A stretch of 64,000 bases of DNA from Patescibacteria group bacterium. GTDB taxonomy: Bacteria; Patescibacteriota; Patescibacteriia; Patescibacteriales; UBA12465. Shown piece by piece: positions 10,436 to 19,432 of the stretch. A program made the translations under genes and the position numbers. The stretch lies in the NCBI GenBank assembly GCA_041661685.1, contig JBAZTY010000004.1, positions 9,359 through 73,358 on the forward strand. The letters run 5' to 3'. The notes under the pieces were generated by a model that did not search any database, was not told the origin of the DNA, and worked only from the letters and a program-made list of their open reading frames with translations. Each line of letters begins with the position of its first letter. The stretch's first letter is position 1.

Positions 10436-10816
10436 TTATCGGCTTTTCTTATAGCTTACCAAAAATAATTCCAAAATAGAGAAGACTACTACCAGTAAAA
10501 GCAGATTCAGCCAATTAAAGAGATCAGCGGCCTTCAGGATCAAGAGCAGGATTATAAAGAAAGAGAAGAGGAATGATTGGCGGAAAGCGACTTTGACGGA
10601 ATTGAAGGCTAATTCTTTCTTAATGATTACGAAACGAAAAAGGAAGCCGATCAGCGCGATCGTCCCGCTCAAAGAAGCAAAAAAGGCTAAATAAAACAGC
10701 AGGAATCCAAGCCAATTAGTCGCCGTCGGGTCGACAAGCCCGGCTACGAACAGGAATAGCCCCCAGCAGACTGCGGTCAGCGCCGACATGACCCAGAGAT
10801 ATTTCTTTAAAGTCAT
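10436..10816 (-). CDS. Small integral membrane protein (4 predicted helices), function unknown
   Basis: Hydrophobic throughout. Its start overlaps the valS stop by 4 nt, which suggests co-translation with the aaRS operon. Confidence 0.6.
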   Translation of the reverse strand: MTLKKYLWVMSALTAVCWGLFLFVAGLVDPTATNWLGFLLFYLAFFASLSGTIALIGFLFRFVIIKKELAFNSVKVAFRQSFLFSFFIILLLILKAADLFNWLNLLLLVVVFSILELFLVSYKKSR

Positions 10817-13449
10817 AGGTCTTGGATTATCTTGATTATCTTTTCTAATTCAGCTTTATAAGCGATTAATTTATTCTTCTCAGCCGCCACGATATTTTCA
10901 GGAGCGCGGCCGACAAAATCAGCATTGCCGAGCTTAGTCTCCTGCAAGCCGATCATTTTCTCCAGATTCACTCGCTCCTTGAGCAGGCGTTCTTTCTCTT
11001 TCTCCGCATCGACGCCGCCTAAAAGGTATATCTCGGTCTGACCGACGACGGCCGTAATCGCCTTATCTATCTTCTGGCCGCTCTCTAATATTTTCAAAGA
11101 TTGCAGGCCGGTCTTCAGATTGATAATCAATTCTTTCTGTTCTTCCAGCATGGCCGCGTCTTCATGGCCGTAAATGACCGCCCCCAGCTTTTTCGCCGGT
11201 TCAACCTTGTTCTCGCTGCGGGCATTCCTGATGGCAATGACGATATCTTGAACCTTCTTAAATTTTTCTAAAATAAAAATTGAAGCTTCTCCCTGACTCT
11301 TCACTTCCGCCTCTTTCGGCCAGGATGCGACCATCAGCAAATCTTCATTAAAGCTAGACCAGATTTTTTCCGTCACGAACGGAATAAAAGGATGCCACAA
11401 AATAAGCACATTCTTCAAGATATAAATAAGGATTTCTTCCTTGTCTTTTTCGATCTTAGCGATTTCCAAATACCAATCCGCTAATTTATTCCAGGTAAAC
11501 TCATTAAGTTCTTCGGCGGCCAAAGAAAAATTAAAATTTTCCAGGTGTTCCGTAACTGTCTTAGCGCTCGCGGACAAATTATCCAATATCCATTTATCGG
11601 CCAAAGTCTTAGCGGCCGGAGCAGTTTTATACGTAGTCGCGTAAAATTTTTCATCAGTCGAAGCCAGGATGAAGCGGGAAATATTCCAGAGCTTATTAAT
11701 AAAATTACGTTTGGATTCTACCTTATCGTCGCTATAACGAGAGTCGTTCCCCGGAGTCGAGCCCATGAGCAGAGATAGCCTGACTGCATCGGCGCCGTAT
11801 TGTTCGATTACTTCTAGCGGATCAACGCCGTTGCCTTTAGACTTTGACATCTTCTTGCCGTTCTTATCTAAAATGATGCCATGCAGATAAACTTTTTCAA
11901 AAGGAATCTCGCCGAGCGCGAAGAAAGACATCATGATCATGCGCGATATCCAGAGAGTCAAAATTTCATAGCCGGTCTCTAATACTTGTGTCGGATGAAA
12001 GCGCGCCAGATCGCCGCTCTTGATTCCATCTTTAAAATTATCGGGCCAGCCCAAAGTCGAGAAAGTCCACATGCCCGAAGAGAACCAAGTATCGAGAGTA
12101 TCCTGATCCTTGATCCAACCGGCTTCTTTCGGAGCAGCTGTGCCGACAAAAATCTCTTCGCCCTTATACCAGACTGGAATCTGATGGCCGAACCAGATCT
12201 GGCGAGAGATGCACCAATCATGAAGATTATTCATCCAATCAGAAAAACTCTTATCGAATCTTTCCGGAATAAAGGTGATGTCTTTCTTGGCGGCGGCTTC
12301 CAGAGCCTTTTCTTTAAGAGATTTTCCACCTAAGCGTTCAAGCTTCTTATCGACGCTAATAAACCATTGCTTTGACGGGAGCGGCTCAATGACTGTGCCG
12401 CAGCGATAACAGACGGCGGCACTATGCACATAATCTTCGTCGATATGATCAATTAGTCCCATCGCCTGTAAATCTTTAACAATCGCTTCGCGAGCTTCGC
12501 GAGTTGTCAATCCGGCATATTTTCCACAATTATCCATCATTCGTCCATCTTCATCAATAATTTTCTTACTGGGTAAATTATGTCTCTGAGCGATTTCATT
12601 ATCGACAAAGCTATGGGCCGGAGTGACTTTCACGGCGCCAGAACCAAATTCCATATCGACCGCCATGTCAGCTACCACAATAATCTTAAAATCACCTAAA
12701 ACGCTCTTAATAGTATATTCTTTACCAACAAAATCTTTATACCGAGGATCGCGAGGATTGACAGCCACAGCCGTATCCCCAAGTTTTGTTTCCGGTCGTG
12801 AAGTCGCTAATACGAATGGTCCGTATTTTATCCAATAAAGCTTTGCCTGTTCTTCTTTGTGCTCGACTTCATCGTCCGCCAAAGTCGAGTGGCAACGCGG
12901 ACACCAATTAACAATTCTTTCGCCGCGATAAATCACACCCTCCTTATACATATCAATAAACATGGCGGTTACCGCTTTTTGTCTAGTTTCGTCAAGAGTG
13001 AAGGCTAAACGCGACCAATCCATCGAAGAACCCATCTTTTTGGTCTGATGCAGAATCGTCGCTTGCGTTTCATTGACAAATTTCCAAACTTCTTTCAAAA
13101 AAGCTTCTCGGCCAAGGTCATGGCGAGTTTTTCCTTGTTCTTTCAGGATCTTTTTCTCAACCACACTTTGAGTAGCGATAGCGGCATGATCCGTTCCCGG
13201 TAACCACAAGGTCCTAAAACCGGATAAACGGTGAAATCTGATCAAAAGGTCTTCTATAGCCAGCATGGCGCTATGCCCGATATGCAGTTTCGCGGTAATA
13301 TTAGGAGGGGGAAGGATAATAGTATAATTTTTAGCGTCTTCCGGCAGGTTCAGGTTATCAGGGTTAAAGAACCCCGATTCTTCCCATTTTTGGTAGATAG
13401 CGTCCTCTGTTTCAGATGGATTATAGGTTTTATCTAATTCTTGTTTCAT
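10813..13449 (-). CDS. valS: Valine--tRNA ligase
   Basis: Class I HIGH (PNITAKLHIGH) and KMSKS (GKKMSKSKGNG) motifs, editing-domain region and C-terminal coiled coil. Confidence 0.95.
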   Translation of the reverse strand: MKQELDKTYNPSETEDAIYQKWEESGFFNPDNLNLPEDAKNYTIILPPPNITAKLHIGHSAMLAIEDLLIRFHRLSGFRTLWLPGTDHAAIATQSVVEKKILKEQGKTRHDLGREAFLKEVWKFVNETQATILHQTKKMGSSMDWSRLAFTLDETRQKAVTAMFIDMYKEGVIYRGERIVNWCPRCHSTLADDEVEHKEEQAKLYWIKYGPFVLATSRPETKLGDTAVAVNPRDPRYKDFVGKEYTIKSVLGDFKIIVVADMAVDMEFGSGAVKVTPAHSFVDNEIAQRHNLPSKKIIDEDGRMMDNCGKYAGLTTREAREAIVKDLQAMGLIDHIDEDYVHSAAVCYRCGTVIEPLPSKQWFISVDKKLERLGGKSLKEKALEAAAKKDITFIPERFDKSFSDWMNNLHDWCISRQIWFGHQIPVWYKGEEIFVGTAAPKEAGWIKDQDTLDTWFSSGMWTFSTLGWPDNFKDGIKSGDLARFHPTQVLETGYEILTLWISRMIMMSFFALGEIPFEKVYLHGIILDKNGKKMSKSKGNGVDPLEVIEQYGADAVRLSLLMGSTPGNDSRYSDDKVESKRNFINKLWNISRFILASTDEKFYATTYKTAPAAKTLADKWILDNLSASAKTVTEHLENFNFSLAAEELNEFTWNKLADWYLEIAKIEKDKEEILIYILKNVLILWHPFIPFVTEKIWSSFNEDLLMVASWPKEAEVKSQGEASIFILEKFKKVQDIVIAIRNARSENKVEPAKKLGAVIYGHEDAAMLEEQKELIINLKTGLQSLKILESGQKIDKAITAVVGQTEIYLLGGVDAEKEKERLLKERVNLEKMIGLQETKLGNADFVGRAPENIVAAEKNKLIAYKAELEKIIKIIQDL

Positions 13450-13570
13450 GATTTAAAATTACCAAAAAAACGAGCTTAAGTCAACCGGATTTTACCTTGA
13501 CTTCGCAGATAAATAATTATATATTAGAATGTTAAGCCAAGCCTAATTAACGCCGATTTAGAATTGACAA

Positions 13571-14713
13571 ATGCTGGATTTAGAGCGACAAATTTTCCGC
13601 CAACTGGAAAAATCAAAAAGCATCCTGGTAGTTTTCCCGGCTAATCGAGATAGCGACGCGATGGCCTCCGCCCTGGCTCTTTTCCTATTCTTAAAAAAGA
13701 TGGGGCTGGAAGTAGAGATTGCCGGATCTAAAGACAATGAGAAACACGAGCCTTTATCTTTTCTGCCAGCCTACACGGACATAGAGGGGCAATTAGATAA
13801 TCTTCGACGCTTCATAGTCTCGCTCGATATCAGCCAAGCCAAAGTCAGCCAAATAAAATATTCCGTCGATAACGATAAGCTCAACTTCATCATTTCTCCG
13901 AAGAATGGCTGGTTCAAACCGGAAGACGTAACGGCGCGCACAGGAGAATTCAAGTATGATCTTATATTTACTCTCGGCACCAGCGACCTGGAATCTTTAG
14001 GCAAGCTCTATGACGACAATGTTGAGTTCTTCTATAAGACGACGATCATAAACATTGATCATCAAGCCGCCAATGAAGAATTCGGACAGATTAACTTTAT
14101 CGATCTTAATACCGTCGCTACCGCTGAAATACTTTTCTATCTCCTGAAGAACTACAAGCCGGAGATGATCTCTGAAGATGTCGCTACTTGCCTGCTCGCC
14201 GGCATTATCCAGCAGACTAGAAATTTTAAAACCGCCAATCTTACTCCGCGCGTCCTTCTGACAACTTCAGAGCTGATAACGCTGGGGGCGAGACGCGAAG
14301 AAATTGTCGACCACCTCTATCGTTCTAGAGACATGTCTTCTCTGCGGCTCTGGGGCAAGGTCCTTAATAATCTTAAAGCAGAGAATAAAGACGAACTGCT
14401 TTGGTCTAAACTGAGCGCTAACGATTTCAAAGAGACCGGAGCGACCATGGATAGCTTGGGCGATATTATCGATGAACTCATCGCTACTGTTCCCGGGGCT
14501 AAGATTGTCATGATTTTTTGTGAAGAGACTCAGGACCAGACAAAACTTCTAGCCTATTCTCTTAAGAACATTAATATCCTTGATTTTATTAAAGAATATG
14601 GGGCCCGCGGCGGAATCAAGACCGCCCAAGCGACTATAAGCCTAGGAATAAAAGCGGCTATTGACCAAGTAATGCCTAAGCTCAAGGCTAAGCTTGAAAA
14701 ATTAAGCTTATAA
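13571..14713 (+). CDS. DHH-family phosphoesterase (NrnA-like oligoribonuclease/pAp phosphatase)
   Basis: DHH/DHHA1 architecture. Motifs NRDSDAMASALAL, INIDHQ (a DHH variant) and a GGIKTAQA-type C-terminal DHHA1 region. Confidence 0.8.
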   Translation: MLDLERQIFRQLEKSKSILVVFPANRDSDAMASALALFLFLKKMGLEVEIAGSKDNEKHEPLSFLPAYTDIEGQLDNLRRFIVSLDISQAKVSQIKYSVDNDKLNFIISPKNGWFKPEDVTARTGEFKYDLIFTLGTSDLESLGKLYDDNVEFFYKTTIINIDHQAANEEFGQINFIDLNTVATAEILFYLLKNYKPEMISEDVATCLLAGIIQQTRNFKTANLTPRVLLTTSELITLGARREEIVDHLYRSRDMSSLRLWGKVLNNLKAENKDELLWSKLSANDFKETGATMDSLGDIIDELIATVPGAKIVMIFCEETQDQTKLLAYSLKNINILDFIKEYGARGGIKTAQATISLGIKAAIDQVMPKLKAKLEKLSL

Positions 14714-14780
14714 TGGTATAAAATAACTGCCAATCATTATCGTGGCAGGCTTGCATTCTTTTTTGCCGGCTATTATAATA

Positions 14781-14854
14781 GGGCATATAGCTCAGCTGGT
14801 TAGAGCACCGCTCTTATAAAGCGGGGGTCGATGGTTCAAGTCCATCTATGCCCA
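14781..14854 (+). tRNA. tRNA-Ile, anticodon UAU
   Basis: Hand-folded 74-nt cloverleaf. Acceptor GGGCATA/TATGCCC, anticodon arm CCGCT-CTTATAA-AGCGG, T arm GATGG-TTCAAGT-CCATC. The body resembles tRNA-Ile. No encoded CCA. Confidence 0.85.
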
Positions 14855-14870
14855 CAATCGAATAATAAAG

Positions 14871-14944
14871 GGGCTCGTAGCTCAGTTGGTTAGAGCGCCA
14901 CGTTGACATCGTGGAGGTCACAGGTTCGAATCCTGTCGGGCCCA
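14871..14944 (+). tRNA. tRNA-Val, anticodon GAC
   Basis: 74-nt cloverleaf. Acceptor GGGCTCG/CGGGCCC, anticodon arm CCACG-TTGACAT-CGTGG, T arm ACAGG-TTCGAAT-CCTGT. Confidence 0.9.
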
Positions 14945-14950
14945 CCCTTA

Positions 14951-14984
14951 AAAATACGCCGTTTATCGCGGCGTATTTTATTTT
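14951..14984 (+). terminator. Rho-independent terminator after the tRNA-Ile/tRNA-Val pair
   Basis: ATACGCC/GGCGTAT stem followed by TTTTATTTT. Confidence 0.65.
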
Positions 14985-15036
14985 CCTTATTTACAATTAT
15001 CCAAAAAGTTGGTAAATTATAGATGAAATCAAATAT

Positions 15037-15453
15037 ATGTTTTTCAATAAAAAAAATCATCTTAAAACCGCTGTCACCGCTAAACCAGATACTTCTGCCG
15101 AATGGCTCGACTACGAAGAACCCGAGACCGAGGGGCAATTAGCTCTCGATGTCTATCAGACCGACAAAAAAATAATCATCAAATCAACCCTCGCCGGCGT
15201 CAAGCCGGAAAATCTTAAGATTGCCCTGCATCACGATCTCCTGACTATCAAGGGAACTCGTTCGGCCGGAGCGGAAATAAACGAAAAAGACTATCTATAT
15301 CGCGAATGCTATTGGGGATCGTTCTCGCGCTCAATCATCTTACCGACTGAAGTCGATAGCAAGCGCGTCGAAGCTGAGCTAGAAAATGGCGTCCTGACTA
15401 TCTCCCTCTATAAGGTCTCCCCGAACAAGATTGAAGTCAAAATCAAAGATTAA
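15037..15453 (+). CDS. Hsp20/alpha-crystallin family small heat-shock protein
   Basis: Alpha-crystallin domain: LALDVYQTDKKIIIKSTLAGVKPENLKI...GSFSRSIILPTEVDSKRVEAELENGVLTISL. Confidence 0.9.
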   Translation: MFFNKKNHLKTAVTAKPDTSAEWLDYEEPETEGQLALDVYQTDKKIIIKSTLAGVKPENLKIALHHDLLTIKGTRSAGAEINEKDYLYRECYWGSFSRSIILPTEVDSKRVEAELENGVLTISLYKVSPNKIEVKIKD

Positions 15454-15479
15454 TTTTCTATTTTAAACCAATCTTATAT

Positions 15480-17378
15480 ATGAAGGCTGCTCACAAAAAT
15501 ACCGCGATCATCGCCGCGTCGGTCTTATCCTTATTAATCGTCTTTCTGGCGATTAATTATTTTATTTGGCAGAATAATTACCGCGGCCGCTTCTACCCGG
15601 GAGAACGGATTGGTAATATATCTCTCAGCGGCCAGACGAGAGAAGAGGCGAATAAGGCTATGGCCGAGCGCCTTCAAGCCATTAATCAGGCCGGACTATC
15701 CTTTGAATACAACCAGCAATCGAAAAAATTAGATCTCGACGTCATTTCTTTTGATTCCGATCTAGTCCGTCCGACTTTGAGTTTTGATTCTGAAGCTCTC
15801 TTAGCTACAATATTCAAGGCTGACGACAGAAATAGTTTTATAGATTATCTACTTTCTCTATTTACTAGTCAGACCCGCAAAACTTATACTCCCTCTTATT
15901 CCTTAGACGAAGAAGCAATCCGGTCTTTCCTGGGCGACAACTTTAAAGACTTGAATATCGAGCCGATGAACGCTTATTTTTCTTTAGCCGATAATAATCA
16001 AAAAATAGAAATCACTGCTAATCAAGAAAGGCCGGGCAAAGGCATAGACTACGATAAAGTTTTCAGTGATGTCCGCAATAGTCTGGCTAACCTTGAACCA
16101 CCCGTCATCACGATCAGGACCGTGTCCCTCTACCCGGAAATAAAACGAGCCGACCTGATTGATTTAGAGGATGAAGCTCAAAAAATAATCAGCCACGGAG
16201 AGCTGACTATCAGCTTTAACGAATCAGATAATTCCAGCTCAACCATAAAATATTGGAAGATAAGGCCAAATAGACTCGCGACCTGGATAAGCCTAACAAA
16301 AACCTTAGACAGCGCCGCCGTCTCTTTAGATCAAGAAAAAATCAAAGCTTATATTACAGCCGAAATAGCGCCGGACGTTAATAAAGAAGCGATTTTGCCG
16401 CGCTTTGAAGTTAAGAATGGAAAAGTTTCCAGCTGGCAGACCGGCGAAAACGGCCGAGAGATTGATCTAGAGGCCAGCGCTCAAGCCATAACCAGAAATC
16501 TTCTGAGCGGACAGACTGAGACCGGCCTGATAATTAAAGAGGTGGCGGAACAGAATATCAAAGCAGACAACAATCTCCAGATAAAAGAATTGCTCGGCAC
16601 GGGTTATTCTAAATTTGCCGGCTCGCCGACGAATCGGCGTAAAAATATCAAAACCGGCGCCGACGCTCTGCACGGAATCCTGATCAAACCGAACGAAGAA
16701 TTCTCTTTGATAAAAACTTTAGGCGCAATCGATGCCAGCACTGGTTATCTGCCGGAATTGGTTATCAAAGGAAATAAGACCGTGCCTGAGTTCGGCGGCG
16801 GCTTATGCCAGATCGGAACGACCGTCTTCCGAGCGGCCCTGAGTTCCGGCCTACCGATAACTATGCGCCAAAACCATTCTTATCGCGTCTCTTATTACGA
16901 GCCGGCCGGAATGGACGCGACTATCTATGATCCAAAGCCGGACTTACGCTTCGTCAACGATACCGGCAACTATATTTTAATCCAAGCACGCATAGTTAAA
17001 GACGATTTGTATTTCGATTTCTGGGGGACCAAGGACGGACGCGTCGCCACTACAACTTACCCGACAATCTATAATATAGTTAAGCCGGCGCCGACTAAAT
17101 TGGTCGAGACGACCACGCTCAAGCCGGGAGAGAAAAAATGTACCGAAAGCTCTCATAACGGCGCCGACGCTTTCTTCGACTATAAAGTCATCTACCCGGA
17201 AGGTTCAACGACGACTCCAATACAAGAAAGAAGATTTTCATCTCATTATGTTCCTTGGCAGGCCGTCTGTTTGATTGGCATTGCGGCTTCTTCAACTCCG
17301 GCGGTAGCTAGCTCAACTCCTGTTACAGGAAGTTCGACTCCGGCGGTTAGTAGTTCGTCTGCCGCCGTCTCGAACTAA
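15480..17378 (+). CDS. VanW-domain protein with N-terminal membrane anchor and Ser/Thr/Pro-rich C-terminal tail
   Basis: VanW core GGGLCQIGTTVFRAALSSGLPITMRQNHSYRVSYYEPAGMDATIY...DLRFVNDT. N-terminal TM helix. The tail carries ASSTPAVASSTPVTGSSTPAVSSSS repeats. Confidence 0.85.
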   Translation: MKAAHKNTAIIAASVLSLLIVFLAINYFIWQNNYRGRFYPGERIGNISLSGQTREEANKAMAERLQAINQAGLSFEYNQQSKKLDLDVISFDSDLVRPTLSFDSEALLATIFKADDRNSFIDYLLSLFTSQTRKTYTPSYSLDEEAIRSFLGDNFKDLNIEPMNAYFSLADNNQKIEITANQERPGKGIDYDKVFSDVRNSLANLEPPVITIRTVSLYPEIKRADLIDLEDEAQKIISHGELTISFNESDNSSSTIKYWKIRPNRLATWISLTKTLDSAAVSLDQEKIKAYITAEIAPDVNKEAILPRFEVKNGKVSSWQTGENGREIDLEASAQAITRNLLSGQTETGLIIKEVAEQNIKADNNLQIKELLGTGYSKFAGSPTNRRKNIKTGADALHGILIKPNEEFSLIKTLGAIDASTGYLPELVIKGNKTVPEFGGGLCQIGTTVFRAALSSGLPITMRQNHSYRVSYYEPAGMDATIYDPKPDLRFVNDTGNYILIQARIVKDDLYFDFWGTKDGRVATTTYPTIYNIVKPAPTKLVETTTLKPGEKKCTESSHNGADAFFDYKVIYPEGSTTTPIQERRFSSHYVPWQAVCLIGIAASSTPAVASSTPVTGSSTPAVSSSSAAVSN

Positions 17379-17423
17379 GCAGATCTAAAATCGAATCCCA
17401 CCCTCTCCGCAGATTAAAATTTG

Positions 17424-17455
17424 AAAATAGTTCTAACATTGGAACTATTTTTTTG
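17424..17455 (+). terminator. Rho-independent terminator after the VanW gene
   Basis: ATAGTTC/GAACTAT stem followed by TTTTTTT. Confidence 0.7.
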
Positions 17456-17509
17456 TAGAAAAAAAGCAAAAATAGTATTAACTAATCATATCTACTAAAC
17501 AGGGCCTAC

Positions 17510-17548
17510 TTGATTAATCTGCTATTTACTGCTATTATCTGCTATAAG
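17510..17548 (+). promoter_or_regulatory. Candidate sigma70-type promoter (TTGATT-N17-TATTAT) overlapped by three tandem 10-bp repeats, upstream of the Fic gene
   Basis: TTGATT at 17510-17515 and TATTAT at 17533-17538. Tandem decamers CTGCTATTTA, CTGCTATTAT and CTGCTATAAG at 17519-17548. Confidence 0.4.
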
Positions 17549-17576
17549 GTGTATATCATCAATTATAAGCAATTTT

Positions 17577-18641
17577 ATGACCGATAATACTCTAAAATTT
17601 GATAATCGTATCAAGAATCCGGAACCGCACATTGTGGCTCTTTTGGCTGAAATTGACGGTATTCGGGGTGAGTTTAAATCTGGTTTGCGGATGACACCTC
17701 AGGCGATAACTAGTCTGAAAAAATCAACTTTGATTACTTCGGCCGGCGCTTCGACTCGTATTGAAGGATCGAAACTAAACGACGATAAAGTCCAGAAGAT
17801 CATGCGGGGCTTAGCGGTTTCTAGATTTGCCGATCGAGATTCCCAAGAAGTGCAGGGATATCTTGAGACCTTACAAAACGTTTTCGATAGTTATCAAGCT
17901 CTACCGCTTAGAGAGGGCACGATTAAATCATTACATAACGAACTGCTTAAATATTCTACCAAAGACGAGCAGCAACGTGGTGAGTATAAAAAAAAAGAAA
18001 ATGCCGTCGGCGTGGTGGGTCCAGACGGACAGGTAGCTAAAATAATATTTGAGACGACTCCGGCTTATCTGGCGCCGATAGAAATGCAGGCGCTCGTCGA
18101 GTGGACGGCGGAAGCGTTTGAAAAGAATCGTTTTCATCCCTTGCTCATTATCGCCAACTTTGTTATTGAATTTTTAAAAATTCATGTCTTCGAGGACGGT
18201 AATGGACGTCTTTCTCGCGTGCTAACCAATCTTCTTTTGCTCCGTAACGGCTACCAGTTTATTCAGTATATTTCGCATGAGCAATTAGTAGAAAAACGAA
18301 AAGATGAATATTATATTGCTCTGCGTAAATCGCAAGAAACTTTTAAGACTGATCTTGACACTATTTCTCCTTGGTTAAATTTTTTCCTGACCGTTATAAA
18401 AGAACAGGCGACCATGGCCTTAGTTTATCTGGAAGAAGAAAAAGCTGAAGACACTCTCTCGCCTAAACAGTATAAAGTTTGGCATTATATCTCCGGTGTC
18501 GGTGAGGCTAGCCCAAGCGATATAGTGAAAGCGACCAGCGTACTTATGCCAACCGTTCGTCAAGCATTGGCTCGCTTAATACAACTAAGAAAAATAAAAC
18601 CAATCGGCCGAGGACGTGGGACTAGATATGTTAAGATATAA
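17577..18641 (+). CDS. Fic-family protein (AMPylase-type) with N-terminal inhibitory motif and C-terminal winged-helix
   Basis: Fic motif HVFEDGNGRLSR (HxFx[D/E]GNGRxxR). N-terminal STRIEG matches the [S/T]xxxE[G/N] auto-inhibition motif. The C-terminus resembles a wHTH. Confidence 0.9.
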   Translation: MTDNTLKFDNRIKNPEPHIVALLAEIDGIRGEFKSGLRMTPQAITSLKKSTLITSAGASTRIEGSKLNDDKVQKIMRGLAVSRFADRDSQEVQGYLETLQNVFDSYQALPLREGTIKSLHNELLKYSTKDEQQRGEYKKKENAVGVVGPDGQVAKIIFETTPAYLAPIEMQALVEWTAEAFEKNRFHPLLIIANFVIEFLKIHVFEDGNGRLSRVLTNLLLLRNGYQFIQYISHEQLVEKRKDEYYIALRKSQETFKTDLDTISPWLNFFLTVIKEQATMALVYLEEEKAEDTLSPKQYKVWHYISGVGEASPSDIVKATSVLMPTVRQALARLIQLRKIKPIGRGRGTRYVKI

Positions 18642-18645
18642 AAAT

Positions 18646-18993
18646 ATGTTTTCAAAGAAAAGTATCAACTCTATTCCAATCGAAGAAACCGCTCACTCCA
18701 CGGGTTCTCGAAAAATGATTGCTGGTAAGTCAGATGTACCATCACCGTACTTTGAGGCCTTTACTTATGGCTATCTGCCAGCCAATGAAAAGTGGGAATT
18801 ACATCAGCATGAAGACATCACTGAAATATGTATTGTAATTAAAGGCGCTGGCGTTGTCAGAGATCAGCAAAATAATGAAGAAATATTTGAATCAGGTGAT
18901 AGATTAATATTCCCAGCAAATACATTTCATGAAATTGAAAATATCTCACAAGGCACCGCTGAGTTTTATTTTATTAGGTTGAAATCAAGGTAA
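18646..18993 (+). CDS. Cupin-domain protein
   Basis: Cupin motifs HQHEDITEICIVIKGAGVV and GDRLIFPANTFHEIEN. The track ORF starts at GTG 18616 inside the Fic gene. I prefer the ATG at 18646, just after the Fic stop. Confidence 0.75.
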   Translation: MFSKKSINSIPIEETAHSTGSRKMIAGKSDVPSPYFEAFTYGYLPANEKWELHQHEDITEICIVIKGAGVVRDQQNNEEIFESGDRLIFPANTFHEIENISQGTAEFYFIRLKSR

Positions 18994-19022
18994 TATAATA
19001 TTAGCGTAAATAATTATAGAAC

Positions 19023-19427
19023 ATGAAATTAACAGAATCAACAAAAAAAGATTTAACCGGAGAACAGATAAACACTCTCAGGGCTTCTGTGGGTTGGTGT
19101 ACCAAAAAAGATGAAAAAAAATGGCGTGAAGTTTTAGATAAATCATCTTTTGTTTATAGTGTATTTGATAAGGGCAAACTAGTTGGCATGGGCAGAATTG
19201 TAGAAGATGGGGTAATGTGCATGTTTTATGATATCGTCGTACATAAAGATTATCAGGGCACAGGAGTAGGAAAAAGAATAATGAATAACTTATTAACCTT
19301 CACGAAAGATAAAAAATATAGCTCAATCAGCCTATTTGCCGATCCGAACAATAAAGATTTTTTAATACCTTTCTATAACAAGTTTGGTTTTGAACTTTTT
19401 GAAACCGGCATGAGACTTAAAAAATAA
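19023..19427 (+). CDS. GNAT-family N-acetyltransferase
   Basis: Acetyl-CoA binding motif VHKDYQGTGVGKRIMNNLL. The size and beta-alpha pattern are typical of GNAT. Confidence 0.85.
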   Translation: MKLTESTKKDLTGEQINTLRASVGWCTKKDEKKWREVLDKSSFVYSVFDKGKLVGMGRIVEDGVMCMFYDIVVHKDYQGTGVGKRIMNNLLTFTKDKKYSSISLFADPNNKDFLIPFYNKFGFELFETGMRLKK

Positions 19428-19432
19428 ACAAT

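Noticed and set aside
13450-13570. Looked for a T-box leader upstream of valS and the pheST operon
   Set aside because: The spacer is only about 120 nt and is shared with a divergent promoter. There is no specifier-loop/T-box 14-mer pattern and no terminator/antiterminator pair.
14890-15138. 82-aa minus-strand ORF
   Set aside because: It overlaps tRNA-Val, the terminator and the start of the Hsp20 gene. It shows no motif and no independent signals.
17391-17411. Considered an intact tRNA overlapping the end of the VanW gene
   Set aside because: Only the T-loop remainder, the 3' T stem and the acceptor 3' strand are recognisable. The upstream sequence (…AGATCTAAAA) cannot supply a T-stem 5' strand, an anticodon arm or a D arm.
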